A stretch of 33,278 nucleotides of DNA from Calditrichia bacterium (GTDB lineage: Bacteria; Calditrichota; Calditrichia; RBG-13-44-9): positions 2,041 through 35,318 of the forward strand of contig JARRQT010000039.1 of the NCBI GenBank assembly GCA_037381445.1, read 5' to 3'. A program made the position numbers and the translations under genes. The notes beneath the pieces are model-generated. The model was not told the DNA's origin and did no database searches. It worked only from the letters and a program-made list of their open reading frames with translations. Below, in pieces: positions 1 to 8,463 of the stretch (position 1 is the stretch's first letter; each line of letters starts with the position of its first letter).

Positions 1-3
1 TTT

Positions 4-609
4 ATGATGAATATGAGGAATACAACGTCAGCGGTTCTTGCCGGAGGGAAAAGCAGCCGGTTTGGCAGTCCCAAAATCAATGCCAGAATCGGGGAGCATA
101 CGCTCCTGGAAAAAATGCTGCACATTGCACGACATATTTCACCGAACGCAATGCTTATTTTGGGCAGGAATAATCTCGCTGTTTCCCAGGAAACTCCGGT
201 GTACCCGGACCTGATTCCGGATTGCGGTCCATTAGGCGGTATCTATACCGCTCTATATTATTCCTCCCTTCCGTATGTTTGTATCCTTCCCTGTGATATG
301 CCTTTGCTGAAGCCAGCTATTTACAGATTACTCTGTCACTTTTTATCAGACCACGCACCGGTCGTGGCGGTTTCCGGGAAAGGAATTGAACCTCTGGTCT
401 CCGTCTGGCCCAAAAAATTACTTCCGATTATTCACGATGAAATACTTGGCGGCAATTTTCGAATTAAACATACCTTGCAGAAACTGCAGGCTGTCCAGGT
501 TGATATAAAAAGTCATTTAACTGAATATTCGCAAGACATATTCCGTAACATCAATTTTCAAAGCGATCTCCAACATATTCAGAATACAGGTGAACTCTAT
601 GGCAGTTGA
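4..609 (+). CDS. mobA: Molybdenum cofactor guanylyltransferase (MobA-like NTP transferase)
   Basis: Motifs VLAGGKSSRFG, GPLGGIYTAL, PCDMP, EPL and C-terminal FRNIN; about 200 aa. Exact start uncertain (ATG at 4, 7 or 13). Confidence 0.85.
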   Translation: MMNMRNTTSAVLAGGKSSRFGSPKINARIGEHTLLEKMLHIARHISPNAMLILGRNNLAVSQETPVYPDLIPDCGPLGGIYTALYYSSLPYVCILPCDMPLLKPAIYRLLCHFLSDHAPVVAVSGKGIEPLVSVWPKKLLPIIHDEILGGNFRIKHTLQKLQAVQVDIKSHLTEYSQDIFRNINFQSDLQHIQNTGELYGS

Positions 610-1273
610 TTCTTTGGGCTCCTATCAAAGAGAACAAACGGAAATCAAAAACTCAGCGCCTCGTGAGCATGATTTTTCCCGGGATACGGTTTTAATCGCA
701 GTTTTTGGTGCTTTATGGGGCCTCATGGAAGCGACCCTGGGAGTATTTCTTAAAGGCCTGCGGATTCCCATGGGGGGAGCCATTTTGACGGCGATGGCCA
801 CAATCATTCTTTTGACCGGCCGCTATTATGTGCGCCGTAGAGGGTCTGTTCTCATGATGGGCGCTGTGGCAGCAGTATTGAAGCTGTTTTCCATCGGAAC
901 GGTGATTGCGGGTCCTTTCATGGCAATTTTGCTCGAAGCGCTTTTTGCGGAGATAATTATATCCATCCTCGGTGTAAATCGATTTAGTTATATCTTAACC
1001 GGAATGTTTTTGATGCTTTATACCATTGTTCATCCTTTCATCGCCCAGGGACTGATTTTTGGGGATGATATCTATACCGTTTATCTGGAAACTTTTCGCA
1101 AGGCTGCCCAATTATTGAAATTGCATGCGAATCATCTGGGATTGGTGCTGGCCCTTTATGGAGGAATTCATGCATTGTTTGGCTCCGTGGCGGGCTGGCT
1201 CGGTTACCGGTTGCCGGAGAAAGTTAGACGGGAAATGCAGCAATTGGAAAAGTCAGCGGAAGAACTTTCATGA
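599..1273 (+). CDS. Multi-pass membrane protein resembling an ECF-transporter substrate-binding (S) component
   Basis: About 5-6 hydrophobic segments, FGALWGLME motif. ATG at 599 follows AGGTGA (588-593) and overlaps the end of mobA; the ORF track start is GTG 590. Confidence 0.55.
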   Translation: MAVDSLGSYQREQTEIKNSAPREHDFSRDTVLIAVFGALWGLMEATLGVFLKGLRIPMGGAILTAMATIILLTGRYYVRRRGSVLMMGAVAAVLKLFSIGTVIAGPFMAILLEALFAEIIISILGVNRFSYILTGMFLMLYTIVHPFIAQGLIFGDDIYTVYLETFRKAAQLLKLHANHLGLVLALYGGIHALFGSVAGWLGYRLPEKVRREMQQLEKSAEELS

Positions 1274-1824
1274 AAAAGAGTCTCCTAATTCTGACGATTT
1301 TCCTGGGAATCGCAGTTTCCCTGAATATCAAAAATCAGTGGTTTTTGGTACCGGCAGTTTTGGGGATTATTTTCCTGATGGACAGAAAAGTTTTCAGGAT
1401 CATCCTGAAATGGAAATTCCTGTTTTTTCTTGCCCTGCTGGTTCTGGCAGTCCCTCTGTTTGCCGGAATAAAGGACGCCGCTTTTTACGGAATATCATAT
1501 TCTTCACAAATGTTTCATATGAGCGTGGTGATGGCTGGCCGTAGTATCATTATTCTTCTCTCTTTGAGATTGTTTACGTCCAGAATTTCGGTAGAACAAC
1601 TGGCGGAGGGGATGCAGCGGATCCATTTAAGGCAATTCAGCCAGGTTTTCGCCCTCTCTATGCAGACCCTGCCGCAGATCAGGACGATTGCTGGCACAGC
1701 CTATCGGGAATACCGTGATAAACCGCGGCGGAAGAATATTTTCGCATATTTTTTCAATTTGGCCGTAATATTAGTTGTAAGAATTTTGGAATTTGCCAAT
1801 ACCCTCTCTTCATCCAAAGCCTGA
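1270..1824 (+). CDS. Membrane protein, short ECF T-component (CbiQ/EcfT)-like
   Basis: Hydrophobic N-terminal helices, then LFTSRISVEQLAEGMQRIHL...FALSMQTLPQI, which resembles the EcfT region 'TT..el..al..l....l.l.lrflP.l'. ATGA overlap with the upstream gene. Confidence 0.5.
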   Translation: MKKSLLILTIFLGIAVSLNIKNQWFLVPAVLGIIFLMDRKVFRIILKWKFLFFLALLVLAVPLFAGIKDAAFYGISYSSQMFHMSVVMAGRSIIILLSLRLFTSRISVEQLAEGMQRIHLRQFSQVFALSMQTLPQIRTIAGTAYREYRDKPRRKNIFAYFFNLAVILVVRILEFANTLSSSKA

Positions 1825-1837
1825 AGGGATATCATAA

Positions 1838-3802
1838 ATGATCAATCATTTTTTTGCAGACGCATTTATCCTGCTGATATTTGTAATGCTTCCGAATCTT
1901 GAGGCCCGAACACCTGCAGATACACTGAAGACTTACCATATGAGCGAAATTGTGGTGCTGGGCGAAAAGCTGCCGCAGATCGATATGGCAACGGTGCATG
2001 AAATCCATCAGAAACAAATCAAACTGCTGGATATACATGATGCCCGGGATGCGCTGAAATTCACGCCGGGGATCTATTTTTCACGAAATACAAAAAATGA
2101 GACTACTTTCCGGCTGAGAGGATTCGAACAGCGGCAGGTGAGTGTTTTTCTGGATGGCGTTCCAATTTCAGTCCCATATGACGGAATTGTGGATATCTCG
2201 CAGCTGGCCGGTGACAACATCGAAAATATCCGCATCTCCAAAGGCGTATCTTCGGTGCTCTACGGGGCAAATACGCTGGGAGGCGGCGTCAATATTATAA
2301 CCGGAATTCCCAAAAAACAGCATGCTTTTCAGCTTCGTCTGGAGGGCTCCGATCAGTCACGAATATATGGTGCCATGAACTACTACGGGAGTCTGGGACG
2401 GCTGCGCTATGTGACTGCCTTGAGCTTTGAAAACGCTCCAAATTTTCGATTACCGCAAAAGACAAAAGCAATGCTGAATGAAAACGGGGGAGCGAGGGAC
2501 AATAGCGCATTTCAAAAAAGCAGTGCTTCGCTGAAGCTGCACTATGACCTTAATTCTACTCATCATGTGGGATTCCATGTCAACTGGATCAAAAATCGTT
2601 TTAATGTTCCTCCCAATGCTTTGGAAAACCGCCCCCGCTATTGGCAATTCCCCGACTGGCAAAAAAATGTGATGAGCCTGAACAGCGAACATTTATTTTC
2701 CGGCAGGTTTGTTTTGCGCACCGTCTGGTATTACGATAAATACAAGAATGTTCTGCAATCATATGATGACGCCAGCTACTCCGCCCAGACATTCCGGTAT
2801 GCTTTCAAATCGATTTATGATGATTACTCCCTGGGAAGCATCTTGTATCCGGAGTGGAGTATTCTGCCCTTTGGCACCAGTCACGGCGTCATTTCCTTCA
2901 AGCAGGATGTGCATCGCGAGAAGGCCGCCGATAATGCGCCTTTTCAGAGATATTCAATGGAAACCTGGACCGTCGGTCTCGAACAGGATATCCGCTTTTC
3001 GCAGAAATTACTGGGAAAGGCCGGGGCAGATTTGAATTATCTCAAGCCTTTTTTTGCAAACAATGCCGATTTACGAAAGCCGATTTTGCTTGCGAACGGT
3101 CAGATCGCTTTTCAGTATCAACTGGGGGACAACCGGACATTACATGCTTCTGTCGGAAAGAAGAGCCGTTTTCCAACTTTGAAGGAGCTTTACAGTGAGC
3201 GACTGGACCGGAATATTCCAAATCCTGATTTGAAGGCCGAACATTCTGTCAATTTCGAAATCGGTACCGGCTGGACAGGGAAGAAAATCAATTTCACTGT
3301 CAGCGGCTTTTATAATCGCCTGGCCGATCTAATTGTCAATCGACAATTGGGCAATGGCCTTCAACAATCCAGTAACATCGGCAGGGCAAGCCTGTGGGGA
3401 CTGGAAACCGGCTGGCAAGCACAATGGGGCAGAGTAGATGGGAATGTTAACTATACTTTTTTAAACGCCCGCAATTTGTCGGATGAAAGCGCTACAAAAT
3501 ATCTGGAGTACCGTCCGGCCCACCGGGTGAATGCCATTTTCTCGTGCACCTTGAATTCCCGTCTGCGGGTAGCATCCGAGGCCAGCTATACCGCCAGTCA
3601 GTATTATCAAAATCCCAATAGCCTGAAATGGGAAAAGCTGAATAATTTTGCTTTATTCAATCTTAAGGCCAACTATAATTTTTCCGGGAACAGCTCCATT
3701 TATCTCCGCATCAATAATCTGACCGACAAATTCTATTACAGCGAATACGGCATACCCATGCCGGGACGCGAGATAGTTACCGGTTTCCGTTTTGGAGTCT
3801 GA
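1838..3802 (+). CDS. TonB-dependent outer-membrane receptor
   Basis: Signal peptide, TonB-box-like SEIVVLG, plug motifs (LRGFEQRQVSVFLDGVP; IENIRISKGVSSVLYGANTLGGGVNIIT), NPDLKAE, INNLTDKFY and PGREIVTGFRFGV terminus. Confidence 0.95.
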   Translation: MINHFFADAFILLIFVMLPNLEARTPADTLKTYHMSEIVVLGEKLPQIDMATVHEIHQKQIKLLDIHDARDALKFTPGIYFSRNTKNETTFRLRGFEQRQVSVFLDGVPISVPYDGIVDISQLAGDNIENIRISKGVSSVLYGANTLGGGVNIITGIPKKQHAFQLRLEGSDQSRIYGAMNYYGSLGRLRYVTALSFENAPNFRLPQKTKAMLNENGGARDNSAFQKSSASLKLHYDLNSTHHVGFHVNWIKNRFNVPPNALENRPRYWQFPDWQKNVMSLNSEHLFSGRFVLRTVWYYDKYKNVLQSYDDASYSAQTFRYAFKSIYDDYSLGSILYPEWSILPFGTSHGVISFKQDVHREKAADNAPFQRYSMETWTVGLEQDIRFSQKLLGKAGADLNYLKPFFANNADLRKPILLANGQIAFQYQLGDNRTLHASVGKKSRFPTLKELYSERLDRNIPNPDLKAEHSVNFEIGTGWTGKKINFTVSGFYNRLADLIVNRQLGNGLQQSSNIGRASLWGLETGWQAQWGRVDGNVNYTFLNARNLSDESATKYLEYRPAHRVNAIFSCTLNSRLRVASEASYTASQYYQNPNSLKWEKLNNFALFNLKANYNFSGNSSIYLRINNLTDKFYYSEYGIPMPGREIVTGFRFGV

Positions 3803-3803
3803 T

Positions 3804-4289
3804 ATGCCGGACCGCTTGTTGTCCCCGGTATTGATTGTGGGCAGAAAAAATTCCGGGAAAACCGCCTACCTCGAATATCTTATCCGAAAAATGAAAGAAA
3901 TGAATTTATCCGTCGGCGGTATTCTGAGTGTCGGAGAACCGGCGGGTGGTGATAAAGAAACCTATTTTTTAAAGAATATAGATACCGGGGAGAAGTTTTT
4001 GCTGGCCTCCAAAATCAGGGATTCATCGCGGTCACTGAAATATGGTGATTATTATTTTAATCCCGATTCTTTTGCCAGGGGTAGTCGAATTATGAAAGGC
4101 TGTCTGTCCGCTGATGCAATTATTCTGGATGAATACGGTCCGGTGGAACAGATGGGAAAAGGCTTCAGCGAAGCGCTGGAATTTCTGCTCCGCCACTATC
4201 GGGGATTTCTGTTCATTGCAGTCCGGCCCGTGGTACTTCCCCATTTGAAATCCGTATTGCTGAATAATCTCGGGGAAAGAATAAAATGA
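3804..4289 (+). CDS. P-loop NTPase (DUF2478 / NTPase_1 THEP1-like)
   Basis: Walker A GRKNSGKT, VGGILS, Walker B AIILDEYGPVE..GKGF. ATG 3804 follows GGAG at 3794. Confidence 0.8.
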   Translation: MPDRLLSPVLIVGRKNSGKTAYLEYLIRKMKEMNLSVGGILSVGEPAGGDKETYFLKNIDTGEKFLLASKIRDSSRSLKYGDYYFNPDSFARGSRIMKGCLSADAIILDEYGPVEQMGKGFSEALEFLLRHYRGFLFIAVRPVVLPHLKSVLLNNLGERIK

Positions 4290-4855
4290 CTATGGATACT
4301 GAAAAGCTCTGGAGGGACTTCAACCAAAAATTGGAAGGATTCATTATAAAACGGATCAATGATGCGGAAGATGCGCGGGATATCCTGCAGGAAGTCTATC
4401 TAAAGATTCATTCATATGCCGAAAAAATATCCGGCCTGCGGAATACGGAAAACTGGCTCTACAGCATTACCAGCAACACTATCATCGATTATTACCGGAC
4501 GCGAAAGAATAAAAAACAATTGCCGGAGGAATTGAGTGCGATGCCGGAATTAGATAGCGGGGATGTTAAAAAGCAGCTTGCCCCTGCCATCAGATCCATG
4601 ATAGATACACTGCCGAATCCTTACCGGGAAGCGCTTATCTTCACGGAATATCAGGGAATGACCCAAAGTGGGCTGGCCCAAAAAATGGGAATTTCCCTTT
4701 CCGGGGCAAAATCCAGAGTGCAGCGCGCCAGAAAAATGCTGCGGGATATTATGGACGAATGCTGCCACTATGAACTGGACCGCTTCGGATGCGTCATCGA
4801 TTATCAGCCTAAATGTCAATACTGCTTCCATCATATTCCACGCCCCAAAAAATAA
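4286..4855 (+). CDS. sigZ: ECF RNA polymerase sigma factor, SigZ-like, with Cys-rich C-terminus
   Basis: Region 2 DARDILQEVYLKI...WLYSITSNTIIDYYR; region 4 LPNPYREAL...GISLSGAKSRVQRAR; C-terminal ECCHYELDRFG typical of SigZ. Confidence 0.85.
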   Translation: MTMDTEKLWRDFNQKLEGFIIKRINDAEDARDILQEVYLKIHSYAEKISGLRNTENWLYSITSNTIIDYYRTRKNKKQLPEELSAMPELDSGDVKKQLAPAIRSMIDTLPNPYREALIFTEYQGMTQSGLAQKMGISLSGAKSRVQRARKMLRDIMDECCHYELDRFGCVIDYQPKCQYCFHHIPRPKK

Positions 4856-4857
4856 TC

Positions 4858-4885
4858 TGCGTCCTTTTTCCGGATGATTCGTCTA
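4858..4885 (+). promoter_or_regulatory. Putative ECF (SigZ-dependent) promoter TGCGTC-N16-CGTCTA
   Basis: CGTC -10 element with a 16-nt spacer, the geometry of SigW/SigM-type ECF promoters. Lies directly after sigZ and before the AAGGAG RBS of the methyltransferase. Confidence 0.5.
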
Positions 4886-4909
4886 TGGTAATAAAAAAGG
4901 AGAAAGACG

Positions 4910-5731
4910 ATGAATTCTGAGGATAAGAAAAGGACAGAAAATTCGGAGCAGCCTGCAAAAAGAATTCCCCAGATAACAAAATCTGATCAAATTGAAAATG
5001 GATGCTGCGCTTGTCACTCTGGAAGAATGGAAAAGGGAATATTGGCGGAATTTGATTTAGGGCCAGGGAATAATTCTCACATCGAAATTAGCAGTCAGCC
5101 TTATTTCCAGCAAATCGCGACGGAGTGGGAAAACATGCGCAGGAGCTTTTTTTCGGAATCGGTAAGGGAAAAAGCGTACCGGGCTGCCGGAATCGAGCCT
5201 GGAAAAGTGGCAGCCGATCTTGGCGCAGGCAGCGGCTTTATGACAGAGGGACTGCTGCGAGCAGGATTGAAGGTAATCGCGGTGGACCAGTCCTCCAATA
5301 TGATAAAGGAGATGCGCAGAAGGTTTGCGGAAAATGAAAATGTTGAATACTGCCTGGGTGACGCCCACAGTTTGCCGCTGCCGGATGGCTCCGTAGATTA
5401 TGTTTTTGCCAACATGTATCTCCATCATGTGGAATCTCCGGTGCGTGCAATAAAAGAAATGCGCAGGATTCTGAAACCGGGCGGCAAACTGGTCATCGTC
5501 GATCTGGAGGAACATAATTATGAATTTTTGAAGACCGACCAGCACGATCGCTGGCTGGGATTCAGGCGGCATGGTATTCTAAACTGGTTCAGAGCAGCCG
5601 GTTTAAAAAATATATCGGTGAGTTTCCCGGAGGAAAACTGCTGTTCATCTTCAGCCTGCGGCCGCGGCCCAGCGACAATCCGCATTTTTCTGGCCTCTGG
5701 TGAAGCTGCCGAGCAATCATGTTGTATTTAA
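4910..5731 (+). CDS. Class I SAM-dependent methyltransferase with Cys-rich N- and C-terminal segments
   Basis: Motif I AADLGAGSG, VIAVDQS, GDAHSLPLPDGSVDYVF, RILKPGGKL, HDRWLGF. Cys clusters GCCACH, NCCSSSAC and SCCI. Confidence 0.85.
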   Translation: MNSEDKKRTENSEQPAKRIPQITKSDQIENGCCACHSGRMEKGILAEFDLGPGNNSHIEISSQPYFQQIATEWENMRRSFFSESVREKAYRAAGIEPGKVAADLGAGSGFMTEGLLRAGLKVIAVDQSSNMIKEMRRRFAENENVEYCLGDAHSLPLPDGSVDYVFANMYLHHVESPVRAIKEMRRILKPGGKLVIVDLEEHNYEFLKTDQHDRWLGFRRHGILNWFRAAGLKNISVSFPEENCCSSSACGRGPATIRIFLASGEAAEQSCCI

Positions 5732-5793
5732 AGAGATGATCTGTAATTCGACTGGTTTATTCAATAAACACATTCATAGTTGAATATTTTATT

Positions 5794-5822
5794 TTGTGAA
5801 TGCCGGTAAGCTACCATATATT
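5794..5822 (+). promoter_or_regulatory. Putative sigma70 promoter for the cytochrome cluster (TTGTGA-N17-TATATT)
   Basis: 17-bp spacer. The predicted +1 falls at or near the ATG at 5829, which has no SD sequence (possible leaderless start). Confidence 0.35.
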
Positions 5823-5828
5823 GTCACA

Positions 5829-6672
5829 ATGAAAAGAACAAAAATTCACCAGCTATTTATTTTTATATTGATTTTTGTAATTTGCCGGAATACTGGCTAT
5901 AAGTGAAAATAAATGGTTAGTTGCAGATCAGGGCGCGCAAATGATCAGCATGGTGGATGAGACACAGGGAAAGATTTCTCCGATAAGCCGGCACAAGAAA
6001 TTGCCATCTCCGGTCGGGATTTGCAGAATGGAGTCAGCCGGCTATCTGCTTACCGATTCCCAATTGGAAAAGATTTTTATTTACCGCGAACAAGATAACC
6101 GGCTTGGCATACTGAACGAGAACCTTGTTTTGAAGCGCCCTACCGGAATCTGCTTTCTGGCAGCACGGGGTGAAATCTGGGTTGTCGAAACCCTGCTGCA
6201 CCGTATCACAATTCTGAACAAGGCAGGCGAGATGCTGCGCACAATAGGAAAAAGAGGCACTGCAGCAGGCGAATTTAATTTTCCCACCCATATCTGGGCT
6301 GATAAATCCGGTACCGTGTATGTTGTGGACGCCATGAATTTCCGGGTTCAGATTTTTTCAGCGGAAGGTGAATATCTTTCCTCTTTTGGCCAGCCCGGCG
6401 ATGCCAGCGGTTATTTTGCCCGGCCGCGGGGAATCGCGACGGATTCGTTCGGAAATATTTATGTTGTAGATGCCCTTTTTCATGCTGTGCAGATTTTTGA
6501 TGCAAAAGGCAACTATTTATCCCATTTCGGAGAGCAGGGGAGGGAAGCGGGACAATTCTGGCTCCCGGCGGGCATCTATATTGACGAAAATAATTATGTG
6601 TATGTAGCAGACAGCTTTAATGGTCGGATTCAGGTGTTTCAGCTTGTCCGCGGGGGGCCTGGTGAAAATTGA
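5829..6672 (+). pseudogene. NHL-repeat six-bladed beta-propeller protein with disrupted 5' end (frameshift or deletion; could be a sequence error)
   Basis: Signal-peptide ORF MKRTKIHQLFIFILIFVIC... (5829-5906) is in a different frame from the NHL frame, which is open from 5881 (FAGILAISENKWLVADQG) to 6672. It contains GEFNFPTHI, GYFARPRGIATD and GQFWLPAGIYID repeats. Confidence 0.6.
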
Positions 6673-8353
6673 AAAATTTGTCATTATATTTTTCAGTTTC
6701 TTTACGGCGGAATTTTTATCGGCGCAATCGGTTATCAATAGCGTTCACAATCTTTCGGTCAGCGGCCCGGGCACGATTAGGGCTGCAGAAGAATCCGAAA
6801 TCTGCATTTTTTGCCATACCCCGCATAGTTCCAGTCCCCGTCAGCCGCTCTGGAACCGGCCCGACCCGGGGATAAGCTATAACCTTTATCAGAGCTCAAC
6901 AACACAGGCGCTTTCCGGTCAGCCCACCGGTGCTTCTCTGCAGTGTCTCTCCTGCCATGACGGAACCATCGCCCTGGGTAATGTTCTGAGCAGAAACCGG
7001 CCCATAGATTTTTCGGGAGGGATAACGACGCTGCCCTCCGGAACTTCCAATCTTACATCCGATTTGTCCGATGACCATCCCATTTCATTTATTTATAATT
7101 CGACCCTGGCCATTTCGGACGGAGAGCTTGCCGACCCGGCTTCTTTAGCTGGTCCCGTCATGTTAAGCGACAGCCGCATGGAATGCACCTCCTGCCATGA
7201 TCCGCACCAGAATCTTTTTTCCGACTTTCTGGTAGTCTCAAATCAATACTCCGATCTATGCCTGTATTGCCATCATAAGAATTACTGGGAGCAGACCAGT
7301 CACAGGCTGTCTCTCGCTGACTGGAACGGCAGCGGGCAGAATCCCTGGTTTCATACCCCATTCGAAACTGTCTCCGAGAACGGGTGCGAGAATTGCCATA
7401 ATCCTCATAATTCGCGGGGACATTCCAGACTAATGAATTATCTGGCTGAGGAGAGCAATTGTCTCGCCTGTCATGATGGGAATGTGGCGGGGCGGGATAT
7501 ACAGGCGCAGTTCAGCAAACCCTATCGCCACGAAATTTATCATTATAACCAGATATATGATCCCGAAGAGCCAAATACTGTTCAGGTCAGGCATGTGGAG
7601 TGTGAGGACTGCCATAATCCGCACGCCAGCAGGCAGGCAGAGGCAGCACCGCCAAATGCCAATGGTTTTGTTGCGGGGACAAGAGGAATTGACAGCAATG
7701 GGAATCCCGTAGATCCTGTGCGGTATGAATATGAGCTGTGCTATCGGTGTCATGCGGACAGCCCCGATAAACCGGGCTCGCCCACGGCCCGGCAGATTGA
7801 GCAAAATAATGTTCGTCTGGAATTCGCCATGGCCAATCCTTCATATCATCCGGTTGAAGGCGAGGGCAAAAATCCGAATTCGCCAAGCCTGATTTCGCCC
7901 CTAAGCGAAACCAGCATCATCTATTGTACGGATTGTCATGCCAGCGACGGCAGCAGTGCGCCGGCCGGTCCTCACGGCTCACTATATGCGCATATCCTCA
8001 AGTTCCGTTACGAAACGGCTGACAATACGATCGAATCATATGAAAATTACCGATTATGCTATGAATGCCATGACAGGAATACCGTTACAAACGGCGCGGG
8101 GCAGTTTGCGCGCCGGATCCACAGGCTGCATATTGTGGGCGAGAACACGCCCTGCAATGCCTGCCACGATCCCCATGGCATTAACAGCGCACAGGGGAAT
8201 TCTGCAAATAATACACATCTGATAAATTTTGACATTGCAATAGTTTCCGCTGATCCGGGCAGCGGGCGGCTGGAGTTTGTAGATCTGGGAAATTTCAGCG
8301 GACGCTGCTACTTAAGGTGTCACGATGAGACACATAATCCCAAATCATATTAA
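6662..8353 (+). CDS. Secreted multiheme c-type cytochrome (11 CxxCH + 1 CxxxCH) with OmcE-like N-terminal tetraheme domain
   Basis: GTG 6662 start with signal peptide. Motifs: CIFCH, CLSCH, CTSCH, CLYCH, CENCH, CLACH, CEDCH, CYRCH, CTDCH, CYECH, CNACH and terminal CYLRCH. Confidence 0.9.
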   Translation: MKIEKFVIIFFSFFTAEFLSAQSVINSVHNLSVSGPGTIRAAEESEICIFCHTPHSSSPRQPLWNRPDPGISYNLYQSSTTQALSGQPTGASLQCLSCHDGTIALGNVLSRNRPIDFSGGITTLPSGTSNLTSDLSDDHPISFIYNSTLAISDGELADPASLAGPVMLSDSRMECTSCHDPHQNLFSDFLVVSNQYSDLCLYCHHKNYWEQTSHRLSLADWNGSGQNPWFHTPFETVSENGCENCHNPHNSRGHSRLMNYLAEESNCLACHDGNVAGRDIQAQFSKPYRHEIYHYNQIYDPEEPNTVQVRHVECEDCHNPHASRQAEAAPPNANGFVAGTRGIDSNGNPVDPVRYEYELCYRCHADSPDKPGSPTARQIEQNNVRLEFAMANPSYHPVEGEGKNPNSPSLISPLSETSIIYCTDCHASDGSSAPAGPHGSLYAHILKFRYETADNTIESYENYRLCYECHDRNTVTNGAGQFARRIHRLHIVGENTPCNACHDPHGINSAQGNSANNTHLINFDIAIVSADPGSGRLEFVDLGNFSGRCYLRCHDETHNPKSY

Positions 8354-8463
8354 TGAGCGCAGGAGATGTGAGTTGAAGAACAGGTATTTAGAATAAAATG
8401 ACAGTTTCTTAATTAAGTAGTCTTGAGCATCATGAAACTTCACCATAAGGGAAAGGAGTATCC

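Noticed and set aside
4910..5731. Calling the methyltransferase arsM or ubiE
   Set aside because: It is Cys-rich, but the ArsM signatures (e.g. GCG.P, SNCV) are not visible, and there is no quinone-pathway context.
5904..5906. TGA in the signal-peptide ORF as a selenocysteine or readthrough codon
   Set aside because: TAA follows two codons later and the NHL sequence is in another frame.
6620..6661. ORF-track N-terminal extension of the 12-heme cytochrome
   Set aside because: It overlaps the NHL gene; GTG 6662 gives a normal signal peptide.
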